Of a stretch of DNA of 44,567 nucleotides, positions 35,664-44,567 are shown piece after piece. The notes below the pieces were generated by a model. It worked only from the letters and a program-made list of their open reading frames with translations, did not search any database and was not told the DNA's origin. A program made the position numbers and the translations under genes. The stretch comes from Planctomycetota bacterium (lineage in GTDB: Bacteria; Planctomycetota; Planctomycetia; Pirellulales; Pirellulaceae): NCBI GenBank assembly GCA_041178745.1, contig JBEGUT010000001.1:1-44567 (forward strand). Reading direction: 5' to 3'. The stretch's first letter is position 1. Every line of letters begins with the position of its first letter.

Positions 35664-37592
35664 TTAGCCGTCGAGATCGCTGAGGACTTTGGGTGGATAA
35701 GCGGTTCTCAGGGCATTCAGCACAGCGATTACATCGATCGTCTCTTGAACCAGTGCGCCAGCGACAGGAGGTAGCCAACCCATTGCGGCCAGTAGCATGC
35801 CGATGATACTGACAGCCATACCCCCAACGGCACTTTGCAGTGCAATGCGTCGCATTCGTCTCCCTAAATGCAGTAATTCATCGACGCGTTCCAGCGAGTT
35901 ATCAAGAATAACCGCATCGGCTGCTTCGCTGGTGATTTCGCTACCTAGTCCAAACGCAATTCCCACCGTAGCAGCAGCCAGTGCGGGAGCATCATTGATC
36001 CCATCACCAACAAAAAATGTTTTATTCTTTGCAGTTTCTTTACGGACTAATTCCAGTTTTTGCTCGGGGCTTTGTGAGGCATAGATTTCACTGATACCCA
36101 CTTGCTCCGCTAAATACTTCACTTCCTCCATACGATCGCCGGAGACAAGAATCACACGTTGAATTCCGTGGCTGGGCTGTAAGTGATTGACGAAGTTGCG
36201 TCCATCGCTACGCGGTTGATCGCGGAATTGAAATGTACCAGCGTAATTCCCATCGATGAGGATCACGCATTCCAATCCACTCTTCGTTGCAGGTAGCTGA
36301 GAACTGGATTCAGGCAATCGTTGAAGTAAAACTTTTCGGCTGGTTACTTCAATGCTGTGCCCAGCGATTTGTCCGATTAATCCACAACCAGGTTCTTCTC
36401 GTACTTGATCTACATTTTGCAGAACCAGTTTTCGATTCTTTGCTTCGGTGACAATTGCTGAACTTAACGGGTGTTTCGAATACTGTTCGAGACTTGCAAC
36501 CATGCGGACTAGAGTTTCCGAATTCCATGCACTCGTTTCGTGCACATCGGTCAATATCGGTCGTCCGTACGTCAGCGTGCCAGTCTTATCGAACATAGCA
36601 ACACGAATGAGGTCGAGCTGTTCGAGGATCGCTGGATCTTTAATGATGATGCTGCGTCGAGCTGCTAGTGAAATCGATCCAATGATCGTGACGGGTATCC
36701 CGATCAAGAGAGGGCAGGGGGTGGCGACGACCAATACCGCGAGGAACCGCATCGCTTCGCCACTGAACCACCAAGCGAGCAAGGCGATCGCTAACGCCAG
36801 CGGAGTGTAGAGGGCACCGAGTTGGTCGCCCAGTCTTCGCATCTTGGGACGACGCTGCGCCGAGTCCTGCATCACTTGCATAATCTTGGCATAGCGCGAA
36901 TCTTCGACGCGACGCAGCGCTTTGATCGTTAAGGCTGATGCGCCGTTGATTGCTCCGGAGATCACTGCGGTACCTGGTGTTTTGGGAACGGCATAGGGTT
37001 CACCCGACAGGAATGATTCGTCCATGTTGCCATGCCCCTCAATGACCTCGCCATCGACAGGACAAATGGCATGGGGATGGATCAGCAAGAGATCGTTGGG
37101 GTTGACCATAGCGAGCGGAATTTCCTCCCAATGGTCGTCTTTGCGTCGATGGGCAATGGATGGGACGCGTTTGGCTAAGGCATCCAATACACTGGAGGCA
37201 CTCCGCACCGCATAGGCTTCCAGCGCTTGGCCTCCAGAGAGCATAAGGACAACGATTGCACCTGCGAGATACTCTTGGAGGAAAACAGATGTTACGATTG
37301 AGACACCTGCCAGAAGATCGGAACCGAATTGTCCCCTGAGCATTGCAGTGAATAATTCCCAAACCAAAGGAATTCCGCCGATAATTAAAGCTGCCAGCAG
37401 GGGCCAGTTGGCGGGTGCTTGCCAGCCCACTGCCGGTGAATCCGGGAGGGAGTATCGCAGCCAAATGTGAGCTATTAAAGTGAGCACGGTGAAAATCGCG
37501 ATGAGCGTATGCACGCTGCGCAGCCAGCGAGGTAAGATCCCTTCCGGAATACCTGAGAATAAATCATCAAACCACTGCTGAAGACGTTCCAT
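35664..37592 (-). CDS. P1B-type heavy-metal-translocating ATPase with a TPCP transmembrane motif and no N-terminal metal-binding domain
   Basis: DKTGTLT phosphorylation site, GDGINDAPAL hinge, SGEP actuator motif and ATPCPLLIG in the metal-site helix; short N-terminus before the first TM. Confidence 0.85.
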   Translation of the reverse strand: MERLQQWFDDLFSGIPEGILPRWLRSVHTLIAIFTVLTLIAHIWLRYSLPDSPAVGWQAPANWPLLAALIIGGIPLVWELFTAMLRGQFGSDLLAGVSIVTSVFLQEYLAGAIVVLMLSGGQALEAYAVRSASSVLDALAKRVPSIAHRRKDDHWEEIPLAMVNPNDLLLIHPHAICPVDGEVIEGHGNMDESFLSGEPYAVPKTPGTAVISGAINGASALTIKALRRVEDSRYAKIMQVMQDSAQRRPKMRRLGDQLGALYTPLALAIALLAWWFSGEAMRFLAVLVVATPCPLLIGIPVTIIGSISLAARRSIIIKDPAILEQLDLIRVAMFDKTGTLTYGRPILTDVHETSAWNSETLVRMVASLEQYSKHPLSSAIVTEAKNRKLVLQNVDQVREEPGCGLIGQIAGHSIEVTSRKVLLQRLPESSSQLPATKSGLECVILIDGNYAGTFQFRDQPRSDGRNFVNHLQPSHGIQRVILVSGDRMEEVKYLAEQVGISEIYASQSPEQKLELVRKETAKNKTFFVGDGINDAPALAAATVGIAFGLGSEITSEAADAVILDNSLERVDELLHLGRRMRRIALQSAVGGMAVSIIGMLLAAMGWLPPVAGALVQETIDVIAVLNALRTAYPPKVLSDLDG

Positions 37593-38793
37593 GGAAAACT
37601 CACTACCTCAAGCCATCGGCTGGTTACATCAACAACATGATACCATGCTTGAGCAATTGATCATGTTGGCGAATCGGAATTCTCACTCCGATAATCCCGA
37701 AGGTCTGGGTCAGGTCGCGGATTGTTTGGAAGAATGCTTTCGGCCCTTCGGAATTCCATGTATTCGAAGAGAACTACAGCCACGGAAATGGATTGATGAT
37801 TTTGGAGAAAATCAGCAGCGCGACAGTAATTCTGCACTCATTTGGAATCAACGTTCGCATTTGGAAAATAAAATCTTACTGGCAATTCACTACGATACCG
37901 TTTATCCCAAGGATAGTCTCTTCCAAAAATGCCAATGGCTGGATAGCAAACGTTTGCATGGACCGGGTGTAGCGGATGCGAAAGGGGGAATTATCTGTTT
38001 GCTGTGGGGGCTACTGGCTGCTGAACGTTTTGGGTTATTGCCGAAATTGGGCTGGAGCGTAGTCCTTAATCCGGATGAAGAGATCGGTTCGCCATGTTCG
38101 TGGCCGCTTTGGCGAGAACTGGCTCCGCAATATCGCTATGGTTTGCTTTTTGAGCCAGCCCTTCCCAATGGTTCTCTGGTAAATATCCGTAAGGGTTCGG
38201 GAATGTTCACGGTGTTGATGCGTGGCCGAGCGGCTCATGCTGGTCGGCATTTCGAGCAGGGACGAAATGCAATCGTGGCCTTGTCGGAGATGGTTGGCGA
38301 ACTGCATGGCTGGAACGGGCAATTGCCAGGGACCACGATCAACGTAGGAAGATTCGTCGGTGGGCAAGCAGTCAATGCTGTTCCTGATCTGGCGATTGCA
38401 CGAATAAACGTTCGAATCAGCGATTTTCAGCAACAAGAAAGCTTTACAACACGACTTTCCGAGCTCGTAAAGACCTATAATACAAGAGAGGGTTTCCAGT
38501 GCCGTTTTGATGGGGGATTCCATGCACCTCCGAAAGTTGTATGCCCACGAACCGAGCGATTGATGGCTTCGATCTCGCAAGCAGCCGCTCAGCAAGCGAA
38601 AGAGGTTCGGTTTGTAGCGACGGGAGGGGTCAGCGACGGAAACAAATTAGCGGCGGCCGGACTGCCAAATATCGATACTCTCGGGCCTGCCGGGGATCGG
38701 TTACACAGTTCAGAAGAATGGGTAGATACAGAAAGTTTATTCGAAAACACTGAACGATTGCTGCGATTGTTGGTCTTATTGCAAGCGGACTAA
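37591..38793 (+). CDS. M20-family metallohydrolase (carboxypeptidase G2 / deacylase-like)
   Basis: HYDTVYP, GPGVADAKGG, NPDEEIGS and the C-terminal GGVSDGN are M20 metal-ligand blocks. Its ATG overlaps the ATPase start codon on the other strand. Confidence 0.8.
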   Translation: MENSLPQAIGWLHQQHDTMLEQLIMLANRNSHSDNPEGLGQVADCLEECFRPFGIPCIRRELQPRKWIDDFGENQQRDSNSALIWNQRSHLENKILLAIHYDTVYPKDSLFQKCQWLDSKRLHGPGVADAKGGIICLLWGLLAAERFGLLPKLGWSVVLNPDEEIGSPCSWPLWRELAPQYRYGLLFEPALPNGSLVNIRKGSGMFTVLMRGRAAHAGRHFEQGRNAIVALSEMVGELHGWNGQLPGTTINVGRFVGGQAVNAVPDLAIARINVRISDFQQQESFTTRLSELVKTYNTREGFQCRFDGGFHAPPKVVCPRTERLMASISQAAAQQAKEVRFVATGGVSDGNKLAAAGLPNIDTLGPAGDRLHSSEEWVDTESLFENTERLLRLLVLLQAD

Positions 38794-38854
38794 TTTAGTA
38801 CATAACGAGGATCGACTAGCAAGGTCTTACTTCGAGGGAGAGGAGTTGGTACTG

Positions 38855-40258
38855 ATGGCAGAGCTCAAGAGTGGTTTGTTAGCTGACCAGTTTCGACAGG
38901 ACCCTCGCGTTCAAAAAGCGCGAGAGTTACTGGCGGATGCCCTGCAGGATTATTCGCAGCGCATCGAAGGGGTTCAGCCTCCAAGCCCATCGCTCAAGGA
39001 AGATTACGAGAAGCTTCTAGAGCGGCTGACATCAGCTCGCGGTGGTGCTCCCTATTTTCCGTATCTCAGCAGCGGTTTGGGTCGCGGGCCTTGGATCGAG
39101 TTGGCTGATGGTAGTGTCAAGCTTGACTTCATCACAGGGATCGGTGTGCATGGACTCGGACATAGCCATCCCAAGATGTTGCAAGCGTCTATCGATGGTG
39201 CGTTACAAGATACTGTGATGCAGGGAAATCTCCAGCAGCATCCACCATCGATCGAACTGTGCGAACGATTATTGGGATGGGCGAAAAAGGGTGGAGCCGC
39301 ATTGCATCATTGCTTGCTCTCCACTTCAGGTGCTATGGCCAATGAGAACGCCATCAAGCTCGCATTGCATCATCGCTCTCCGGCAACTCGTATCTTCGCG
39401 CTGGATCATTGCTTCGCAGGACGTTCTTTAGCCTTGGCGGCATTGACAGATCGACCGCAGTATCGCACCGGTTTGCCGTTGGTCCTTCCCGTCGATTACC
39501 TACCCTGCTTTGATCCCAAAGATCCGCACGGCAGCACGACGAAGGCTGTAGCAACGATGAAACATTACTTGGCTCGCTACCCAAACCAGCACGCCAATCT
39601 TTGGATGGAATTGGTCGCAGGTGAAGGGGGCTATTATCCTGGTACGACCGACTACTTTGAAAGTCTCTGCGAACTTGCTCGCCAGCACCAAGTCCTCATC
39701 ACTTTTGATGAAGTACAAACCTTCTCTCGACTGTCCGAACCGTATGCATTCCAGCATTTTGGTTTGCAGAAGTATGCAGACATTGTCACGATTGGCAAGA
39801 TCACTCAAGTATGCGCAACACTCTATGGCGAGTCGCTGAAGCCGAAAGGACCTTTGCTCAGTCAAACCTTCACGGCAAGTTCTGCATCGATCGCTTCAGG
39901 ACTTGCAATGCTCGATGCGTTAGAAGAGTCGAATTGTTTTGGTAACAAAGGCCGAAACATGCAGCGGCATAAATACTTCGCTGGGAAAATGCAAGCGTTA
40001 GCGGAGCGTTACCCAGGTAAAATATCTGGTCCGTGGGGCGAAGGAATGATGATCGCCTTTACGCCCGGTGATGGCTCGGCGAAAGGTGCACAGGATATGG
40101 TGTATCGCATGTACCACGCAGGCTTGATGGGCTTTGTGGCTGGTAGCGATCCAACACGTATACGGTTTCTACCTCCTCCCGGATGCACCACCGAAGAGGA
40201 TATCGATCATGCCTGCAAAATTTTGGAAGATGTTTTGAAAACTCCCACTGAAGGTTAA
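38855..40258 (+). CDS. Class III (omega) aminotransferase, lysine-epsilon-aminotransferase-like branch; positional equivalent of AstC
   Basis: GIGVHGLGHSHP, SGAMANENAIK, FDEVQT and the PLP-lysine context TIGKITQVC. ATG 38855 follows GGAGAGGAG and is preferred to TTG 38846. Confidence 0.75.
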   Translation: MAELKSGLLADQFRQDPRVQKARELLADALQDYSQRIEGVQPPSPSLKEDYEKLLERLTSARGGAPYFPYLSSGLGRGPWIELADGSVKLDFITGIGVHGLGHSHPKMLQASIDGALQDTVMQGNLQQHPPSIELCERLLGWAKKGGAALHHCLLSTSGAMANENAIKLALHHRSPATRIFALDHCFAGRSLALAALTDRPQYRTGLPLVLPVDYLPCFDPKDPHGSTTKAVATMKHYLARYPNQHANLWMELVAGEGGYYPGTTDYFESLCELARQHQVLITFDEVQTFSRLSEPYAFQHFGLQKYADIVTIGKITQVCATLYGESLKPKGPLLSQTFTASSASIASGLAMLDALEESNCFGNKGRNMQRHKYFAGKMQALAERYPGKISGPWGEGMMIAFTPGDGSAKGAQDMVYRMYHAGLMGFVAGSDPTRIRFLPPPGCTTEEDIDHACKILEDVLKTPTEG

Positions 40259-40263
40259 TCGCG

Positions 40264-41283
40264 ATGGAAATTGTACGCGCCGTACAAGCCGGTGATCTGC
40301 CGCAACTCTGGGAGTTAATCGGTCAGTCTACAGTCGGTTTGACGACGCTACAGATTACTCGCGAGCAACTGCTTGATCGAGTCGAGTTGGCTGTTTTCGC
40401 TTTCAATCGAAAGACGGAAAAGCCATCGGGTGAACCGTATCTTTTTGTGATGGAAGATACTTCGCGCGGAATGCTAGTGGGACTCTCCTGTGTCTTTTCT
40501 AAAGTCGGTGGATTCGAGCCGTCGTATCATTATCGTGTTCTGCAGAAAAAACAGCACTGCGAATCATTGCAAGTTACCCATGATGTGACCGAGTTGCATT
40601 TAGAAAAAATCCACGATGGCCCTACGGAAATTGGGAGCTTATTCCTAACCGAAAACTATCGAGGAAAGGGGCGAGGAAGGTTATTAAGCCTCGCGAGATT
40701 TCTGTTTATGGCTCAACATCCTCTGAGATTCAATCAGGATGTGATTGCCGAGATGCGTGGTGTAGTTAGCGATGATGGATTCTGTCCATTTTGGGAGGGT
40801 GTCGGGAGGCATTTCTTCAAGATGGACTTTCCGCAAGCAGATCGCTTGTCGACGGTCGATAAAAGTTTCATTGAAGACCTGATGCCCCAATATCCTCTTT
40901 ACTTGTGTCTCTTGCATCCATCCGCTCGGGAAGTAATTGGTGTGGTTCATGAACAGACTAAGCCGGCACTTAAAATGTTGCTCGATGAAGGATTTGTCGT
41001 CACTGACCTGATCGATATTTTCGACGGCGGTCCTTTGGTGCGTTGCCAGAGAGAAAAGATCGGAGCGATCGCGCGAACGAGAGTGGTTACGTTTGAAGCA
41101 GTTCAAGAAAAGATCGAGGGAGAAGCAATTCTGGTTGGCACAACGGGTGCTAACTTCAGAAGTTGTCTGAGTCCGGTACGTTTTGCTGGAAATGGTATTG
41201 AGATACCGTCGCTAACGGTAGCTCTCTTGGACGTTCATATCGGTGAGTCACTGGCCATTATGAGTCCTCATCCGACAGTGTGA
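40264..41283 (+). CDS. astA: Arginine N-succinyltransferase
   Basis: Collinear with E. coli AstA as recalled: IRPV-like N-terminus, YHYRV, SELCTLFL-like EIGSLFL, LLS.ARF.FMA, VIAEMRGV.D..G.SPFW, MDF..AD, LMP..P.Y, VIG.VH..T.PA...L..EGF, IDIFDGGP. Confidence 0.9.
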   Translation: MEIVRAVQAGDLPQLWELIGQSTVGLTTLQITREQLLDRVELAVFAFNRKTEKPSGEPYLFVMEDTSRGMLVGLSCVFSKVGGFEPSYHYRVLQKKQHCESLQVTHDVTELHLEKIHDGPTEIGSLFLTENYRGKGRGRLLSLARFLFMAQHPLRFNQDVIAEMRGVVSDDGFCPFWEGVGRHFFKMDFPQADRLSTVDKSFIEDLMPQYPLYLCLLHPSAREVIGVVHEQTKPALKMLLDEGFVVTDLIDIFDGGPLVRCQREKIGAIARTRVVTFEAVQEKIEGEAILVGTTGANFRSCLSPVRFAGNGIEIPSLTVALLDVHIGESLAIMSPHPTV

Positions 41284-41335
41284 CGTGATTGCGATGGCAA
41301 TCAATGTTGGTCAGAGGCTTAACAAGGAGAATCGA

Positions 41336-42838
41336 ATGCACCTCGACACGGCACGTTTATGGATCGATGGTCGATCTTTGCCAGGTGGAGGAGATCTCGC
41401 CTTTAGCCAGAATCCGGTCGATGGAGAGTTGCTTTGGTCTGGGCACTACGCGTCGGTAGCCCAAGTGGATGCGGCGATCCATAGCGCGCGAGCTGCATCG
41501 GCCAGTTGGGCTTGTCGTTCGCTGGATGAGCGAGTCGCCATTGCCAAAAATTATGCCAAGTTACTCCAGGAGCATCGCGATTCACTAGCCAAGTGGATCA
41601 CGCGTGAGACCGGTAAAACACTTTGGGAATCGCTTACCGAAGTAACTACGGCAATTGCAAAAGTCGACGTCTCAATCACAGCGATACAAAATCGACGGTG
41701 GACGCAGAGCGAAAAGATAGATGGGCAAAATGGAGTTACGCGATTCAAGCCGCTCGGTGTGATGCTTGTCTTGGGCCCCTACAATTTCCCTTTACATCTG
41801 CCCGGCAGCCACATGGTCCCAGCTCTTCTCGCTGGCAATACGATCGTGTTTAAACCGAGCGAGCAGGCACCAGCGATTGGGCAGTATCTCAATGATCTGT
41901 GGCAGCAAGCTGGTTTACCAAAAGGTGTCGTCAACCTAATACATGGCAAGGCTGATATTGCCCGTCATGCCGTCGTACACCCTGATGTGGATGGTGTTCT
42001 CTTTACTGGAAGCTATCGCGCTGGCGCTGCCATTCATCAATCGCTAGCTGGGCAACCGCATAAGATGATCGCTCTGGAAATGGGGGGCAACAATCCGCTG
42101 GTCGTATGCTCGCAGGGACGCGAACAGATGGGAGCGACGATTTATGCGATTTTGCAATCAGCTTTCATCACCTCAGGGCAACGCTGCAGCTGTGCTCGGC
42201 GTGTGATTTTGCCCGATGATGGTTTTGGAGATCTCGTTCTCGATACGCTGATCGAGGCGATGCGTTTAGTGACGGTGGGTCATCCGCAGCGCGAGCCGCA
42301 GCCATTTCTGGGAAGCGTCATCCATCTCAAAGCGGCCCGAGAATTAATGGAAACAGAGTCACGTTGGTTGGCGAAGGGAGCGAAGTCATTAGTAGAAATG
42401 CGAGCTGACGAGAAGCATCCAACGATTTTATATCCAGGTCTCGTATCGACCGATGGAGTGGAACTGGAGGATGAAGAATGGTTCGGTCCTCTGCTGCGAG
42501 TCGAAAGATCGAGGAGTTTCGATCATGCGATTGAGTTAGCAAATCGTACAAGCTACGGGCTCACAGCCAGTTTGCTGGGTGGTACATCGGAGCAGTTCGA
42601 ATCCTTCGTACAGCGTGTAAGAGCGGGTGTGGTGAATTGGAATCGGCAAACGACAGGTGCTAGTGGTCGTCTTCCATTCGGTGGTATTGGTCGCAGTGGT
42701 AATCATCGTCCAAGTGCTTATTACGCAGCCGACTATTGCTCGTATCCGATAGCATCGCTGGAAGGTGGTCTCTTGGAGTTACCGAAATCGCCCGCTGCCG
42801 GCCTTGAGGAGGTTTATCAACTATGTTCATCGAAGTAA
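41336..42838 (+). CDS. astD: Succinylglutamate-semialdehyde dehydrogenase (aldehyde dehydrogenase family)
   Basis: ALDH blocks FKPSE, FTGS, catalytic ELGGNNP-type LEMGGNNP and GQRCS Cys. Position is between astA and astB. ATG 41336 is preceded by AAGGAG. Confidence 0.8.
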   Translation: MHLDTARLWIDGRSLPGGGDLAFSQNPVDGELLWSGHYASVAQVDAAIHSARAASASWACRSLDERVAIAKNYAKLLQEHRDSLAKWITRETGKTLWESLTEVTTAIAKVDVSITAIQNRRWTQSEKIDGQNGVTRFKPLGVMLVLGPYNFPLHLPGSHMVPALLAGNTIVFKPSEQAPAIGQYLNDLWQQAGLPKGVVNLIHGKADIARHAVVHPDVDGVLFTGSYRAGAAIHQSLAGQPHKMIALEMGGNNPLVVCSQGREQMGATIYAILQSAFITSGQRCSCARRVILPDDGFGDLVLDTLIEAMRLVTVGHPQREPQPFLGSVIHLKAARELMETESRWLAKGAKSLVEMRADEKHPTILYPGLVSTDGVELEDEEWFGPLLRVERSRSFDHAIELANRTSYGLTASLLGGTSEQFESFVQRVRAGVVNWNRQTTGASGRLPFGGIGRSGNHRPSAYYAADYCSYPIASLEGGLLELPKSPAAGLEEVYQLCSSK

Positions 42839-44172
42839 ATTTCGATGGTCTGGTTGGGCCTACACATCACTATGGTGGTTTGGGTGTAGGCAATATTGCC
42901 TCGTTGGTAAATCGAGCGCGACCTTCTCATCCGCGCGCAGCTGCACTTGAGGGGCTTGAGAAAGCATGGCTGGTCGCACAGCTTGGAGTTCCACAGGTTC
43001 TGTTGCCCCCCTTGGTTCGTCCCAACCGCGCGTTGCTGCGTGGACTTGGTTTCGAAGGTGTGTTGGCTGAGCAATTGAAACGAGCTGCTGAGTCTGACCC
43101 GACAGCCCTATCAGCAGCGATGAGTGCCAGTGCGATGTGGACAGCGAATGCAGCGACTGTTTCGCCATCGCCGGATTGTGAAGATGGTAAGTTGCATATT
43201 ACACCTGCCAACCTGATCAGTTCGCTACATCGAGGTCAGGAGGCAGGGGATCGTACAGCAATGTTTCGTTATTTGTGGCGCAAAGATCACAGTGTCGTGG
43301 TACATGATCCTCTGCCAGCGATCTTGCCGATGCGCGATGAGGGAGCAGCGAATCATCTGCGGCTTACCAATCCAACGGGAGATCGTGGATATGAAATCTT
43401 CGTTTCAGGTGACGACGATCGAGCGGCAACTTCGACTACTAAGTTTATCGTTCGGCAGACACGTCAGGGTATGCGGGTTATCTCCCGATGTCATCATCTG
43501 AGATCAAGTCAGACGTTTTTTCTGCAGCAGTCACCTATCGCTGTTGATGCAGGTGTCTTTCATAACGATGTGATTTCGACAGCGCATGAACATGTATGGT
43601 TTTATCATGAAGATGCATTTGTGGATTCGCAAGATACGCTTGATGCGATTTCAAAAGTGTATCGTACCGAGGCGGGTAGCGATCTTGTGCTTGTACGGGT
43701 TGATCGAGATCAGTTGCCCCTGGAGGAGGCGGTCAAATCGTATCTATTCAATTCCCAGTTGGTGACGCTGCCTAAGAATCACGCCGACGAGCCTTCGCGA
43801 ATCCATTTGATTTGCCCCTCGATTTGTAGCCGGATGCCAAATGTTCAGAACGTAATTGCGCAGTGGCGGGAGAATCGAGCAACGGGTATTGAGCAAGTGC
43901 ATTATGTTTCTCTTGATGAGAGCATGGCCAATGGAGGTGGACCTGCTTGCTTGAGATTGCGTGTCGTTTTGAGCAAGCCTCAGATAAATGCCTTGCCAGA
44001 AGAGTTATGCCTGAATCAGCAGCAGTACGACACGGTGCGTGATTGGATTCTGAAATGGTATCCAGAAACGATAACTCTCAGCGAATTGGCAAATGCCAAA
44101 TTTGCCGAACATTGCGAGGAGGCAGTGCGGCAATATCCCTATCGTCGTTTCTTTATGGCAGGTAAAGATTAG
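42823..44172 (+). CDS. astB: N-succinylarginine dihydrolase
   Basis: EVNFDGLVGPTHHYGGL, MWTANAATVSPS, DEGAANH, GVFHNDVI, YLFNSQL and SMANGGGPACLRLRVVL all match AstB. There is a 16-nt overlap with astD. Confidence 0.92.
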   Translation: MFIEVNFDGLVGPTHHYGGLGVGNIASLVNRARPSHPRAAALEGLEKAWLVAQLGVPQVLLPPLVRPNRALLRGLGFEGVLAEQLKRAAESDPTALSAAMSASAMWTANAATVSPSPDCEDGKLHITPANLISSLHRGQEAGDRTAMFRYLWRKDHSVVVHDPLPAILPMRDEGAANHLRLTNPTGDRGYEIFVSGDDDRAATSTTKFIVRQTRQGMRVISRCHHLRSSQTFFLQQSPIAVDAGVFHNDVISTAHEHVWFYHEDAFVDSQDTLDAISKVYRTEAGSDLVLVRVDRDQLPLEEAVKSYLFNSQLVTLPKNHADEPSRIHLICPSICSRMPNVQNVIAQWRENRATGIEQVHYVSLDESMANGGGPACLRLRVVLSKPQINALPEELCLNQQQYDTVRDWILKWYPETITLSELANAKFAEHCEEAVRQYPYRRFFMAGKD

Positions 44173-44216
44173 TCGATCAGAATTTTTCGCTTGACGCCGG
44201 TTTGTACGTCGACGGA

Positions 44217-44567
44217 TCACTGCTCAGTGATATCTTGCGGTTGGATATGAGTAAGCAGTTCATGGGTGACAGGCGTTATCGGCGCGATGCGACTTGCCAT
44301 CTTACGAATCGATCGTTCGAAAAGGTTACGAACAGTACGACCATTACCAAAATGTTCATCTCTATCTTTGTGCAGTTGGATGAGGTGCTTGTGTACCACC
44401 TGTGATGTTTCAGGAGGACAGTGGTAGTGGTGTTGTTTGCACAGCGACTGAAAGATACTATGCAGTTCATCAGGGCTGTAGTCTTCGAAGGTTAAGTGAG
44501 TACCGATTCGCGAGGTCAGGCCAGGGTTGCTTTTAAGTAGGTCATCGATTGGCTGACTGTATCCAGC
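44217..44567 (-). CDS. AAA+ ATPase, CbbX/SpoVK-like, C-terminal part only (5' end lies beyond the window)
   Basis: The frame is open from the window edge: AGYSQPIDDLLKSNPGLTSRIGTHLTFEDYSPDELHSIF...HFGNGRTVRNLFERS, typical of the CbbX/SpoVK lid region. Confidence 0.65.
   Translation of the reverse strand, partial: AGYSQPIDDLLKSNPGLTSRIGTHLTFEDYSPDELHSIFQSLCKQHHYHCPPETSQVVHKHLIQLHKDRDEHFGNGRTVRNLFERSIRKMASRIAPITPVTHELLTHIQPQDITEQ

Overview
This is a 44.6-kb, densely coding chromosomal segment with about 42 CDS. I saw no rRNA, tRNA, CRISPR array, IS element or phage genes. All family calls come from motifs read by eye in the supplied translations; no searches were run. The gene content suggests a Planctomycetota (Pirellulales-like) genome, which is inference only. 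It includes an archaeal-type H4MPT gene (mch), paired Gfo/Idh/MocA and xylose-isomerase-like TIM-barrel genes, GT-C membrane proteins and a Hanks-kinase-like protein. Recognisable blocks, in order: (i) a sugar-modifying cluster at 2.6-9.3 kb; (ii) a DtxR-family regulator with a class V aminotransferase, divergent from a tightly packed operon mch / RimK-type ATP-grasp / OleC-like adenylating enzyme / SDR at 12.7-17.1 kb; (iii) rarA; (iv) panB plus a CoA-disulfide-reductase-rhodanese fusion; (v) usp, a dapA-family gene, rpsD and lpdA; (vi) a frameshifted GT-C-like membrane gene; (vii) a secreted HExxH protein and a predicted pseudokinase; (viii) a TPCP-motif P1B ATPase; (ix) an arginine succinyltransferase (AST) cluster (M20 hydrolase, class III aminotransferase, astA, astD, astB). 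The most unusual signal is non-coding. Three intergenic arrays (281-1072, 19579-20130, 27371-27897) belong to one mosaic repeat family. In each, GGAC-N-GTCC-centred imperfect palindromes alternate with the perfect 10-bp palindrome TTGCTAGCAA, about 25-28 copies of each core in total. The arrays show higher-order periodicities of 267 bp and 117-118 bp. They are not CRISPR, and I do not recognise them as a described repeat family. No protein-coding system that is clearly novel (for example a defence system) could be supported from the sequence alone.
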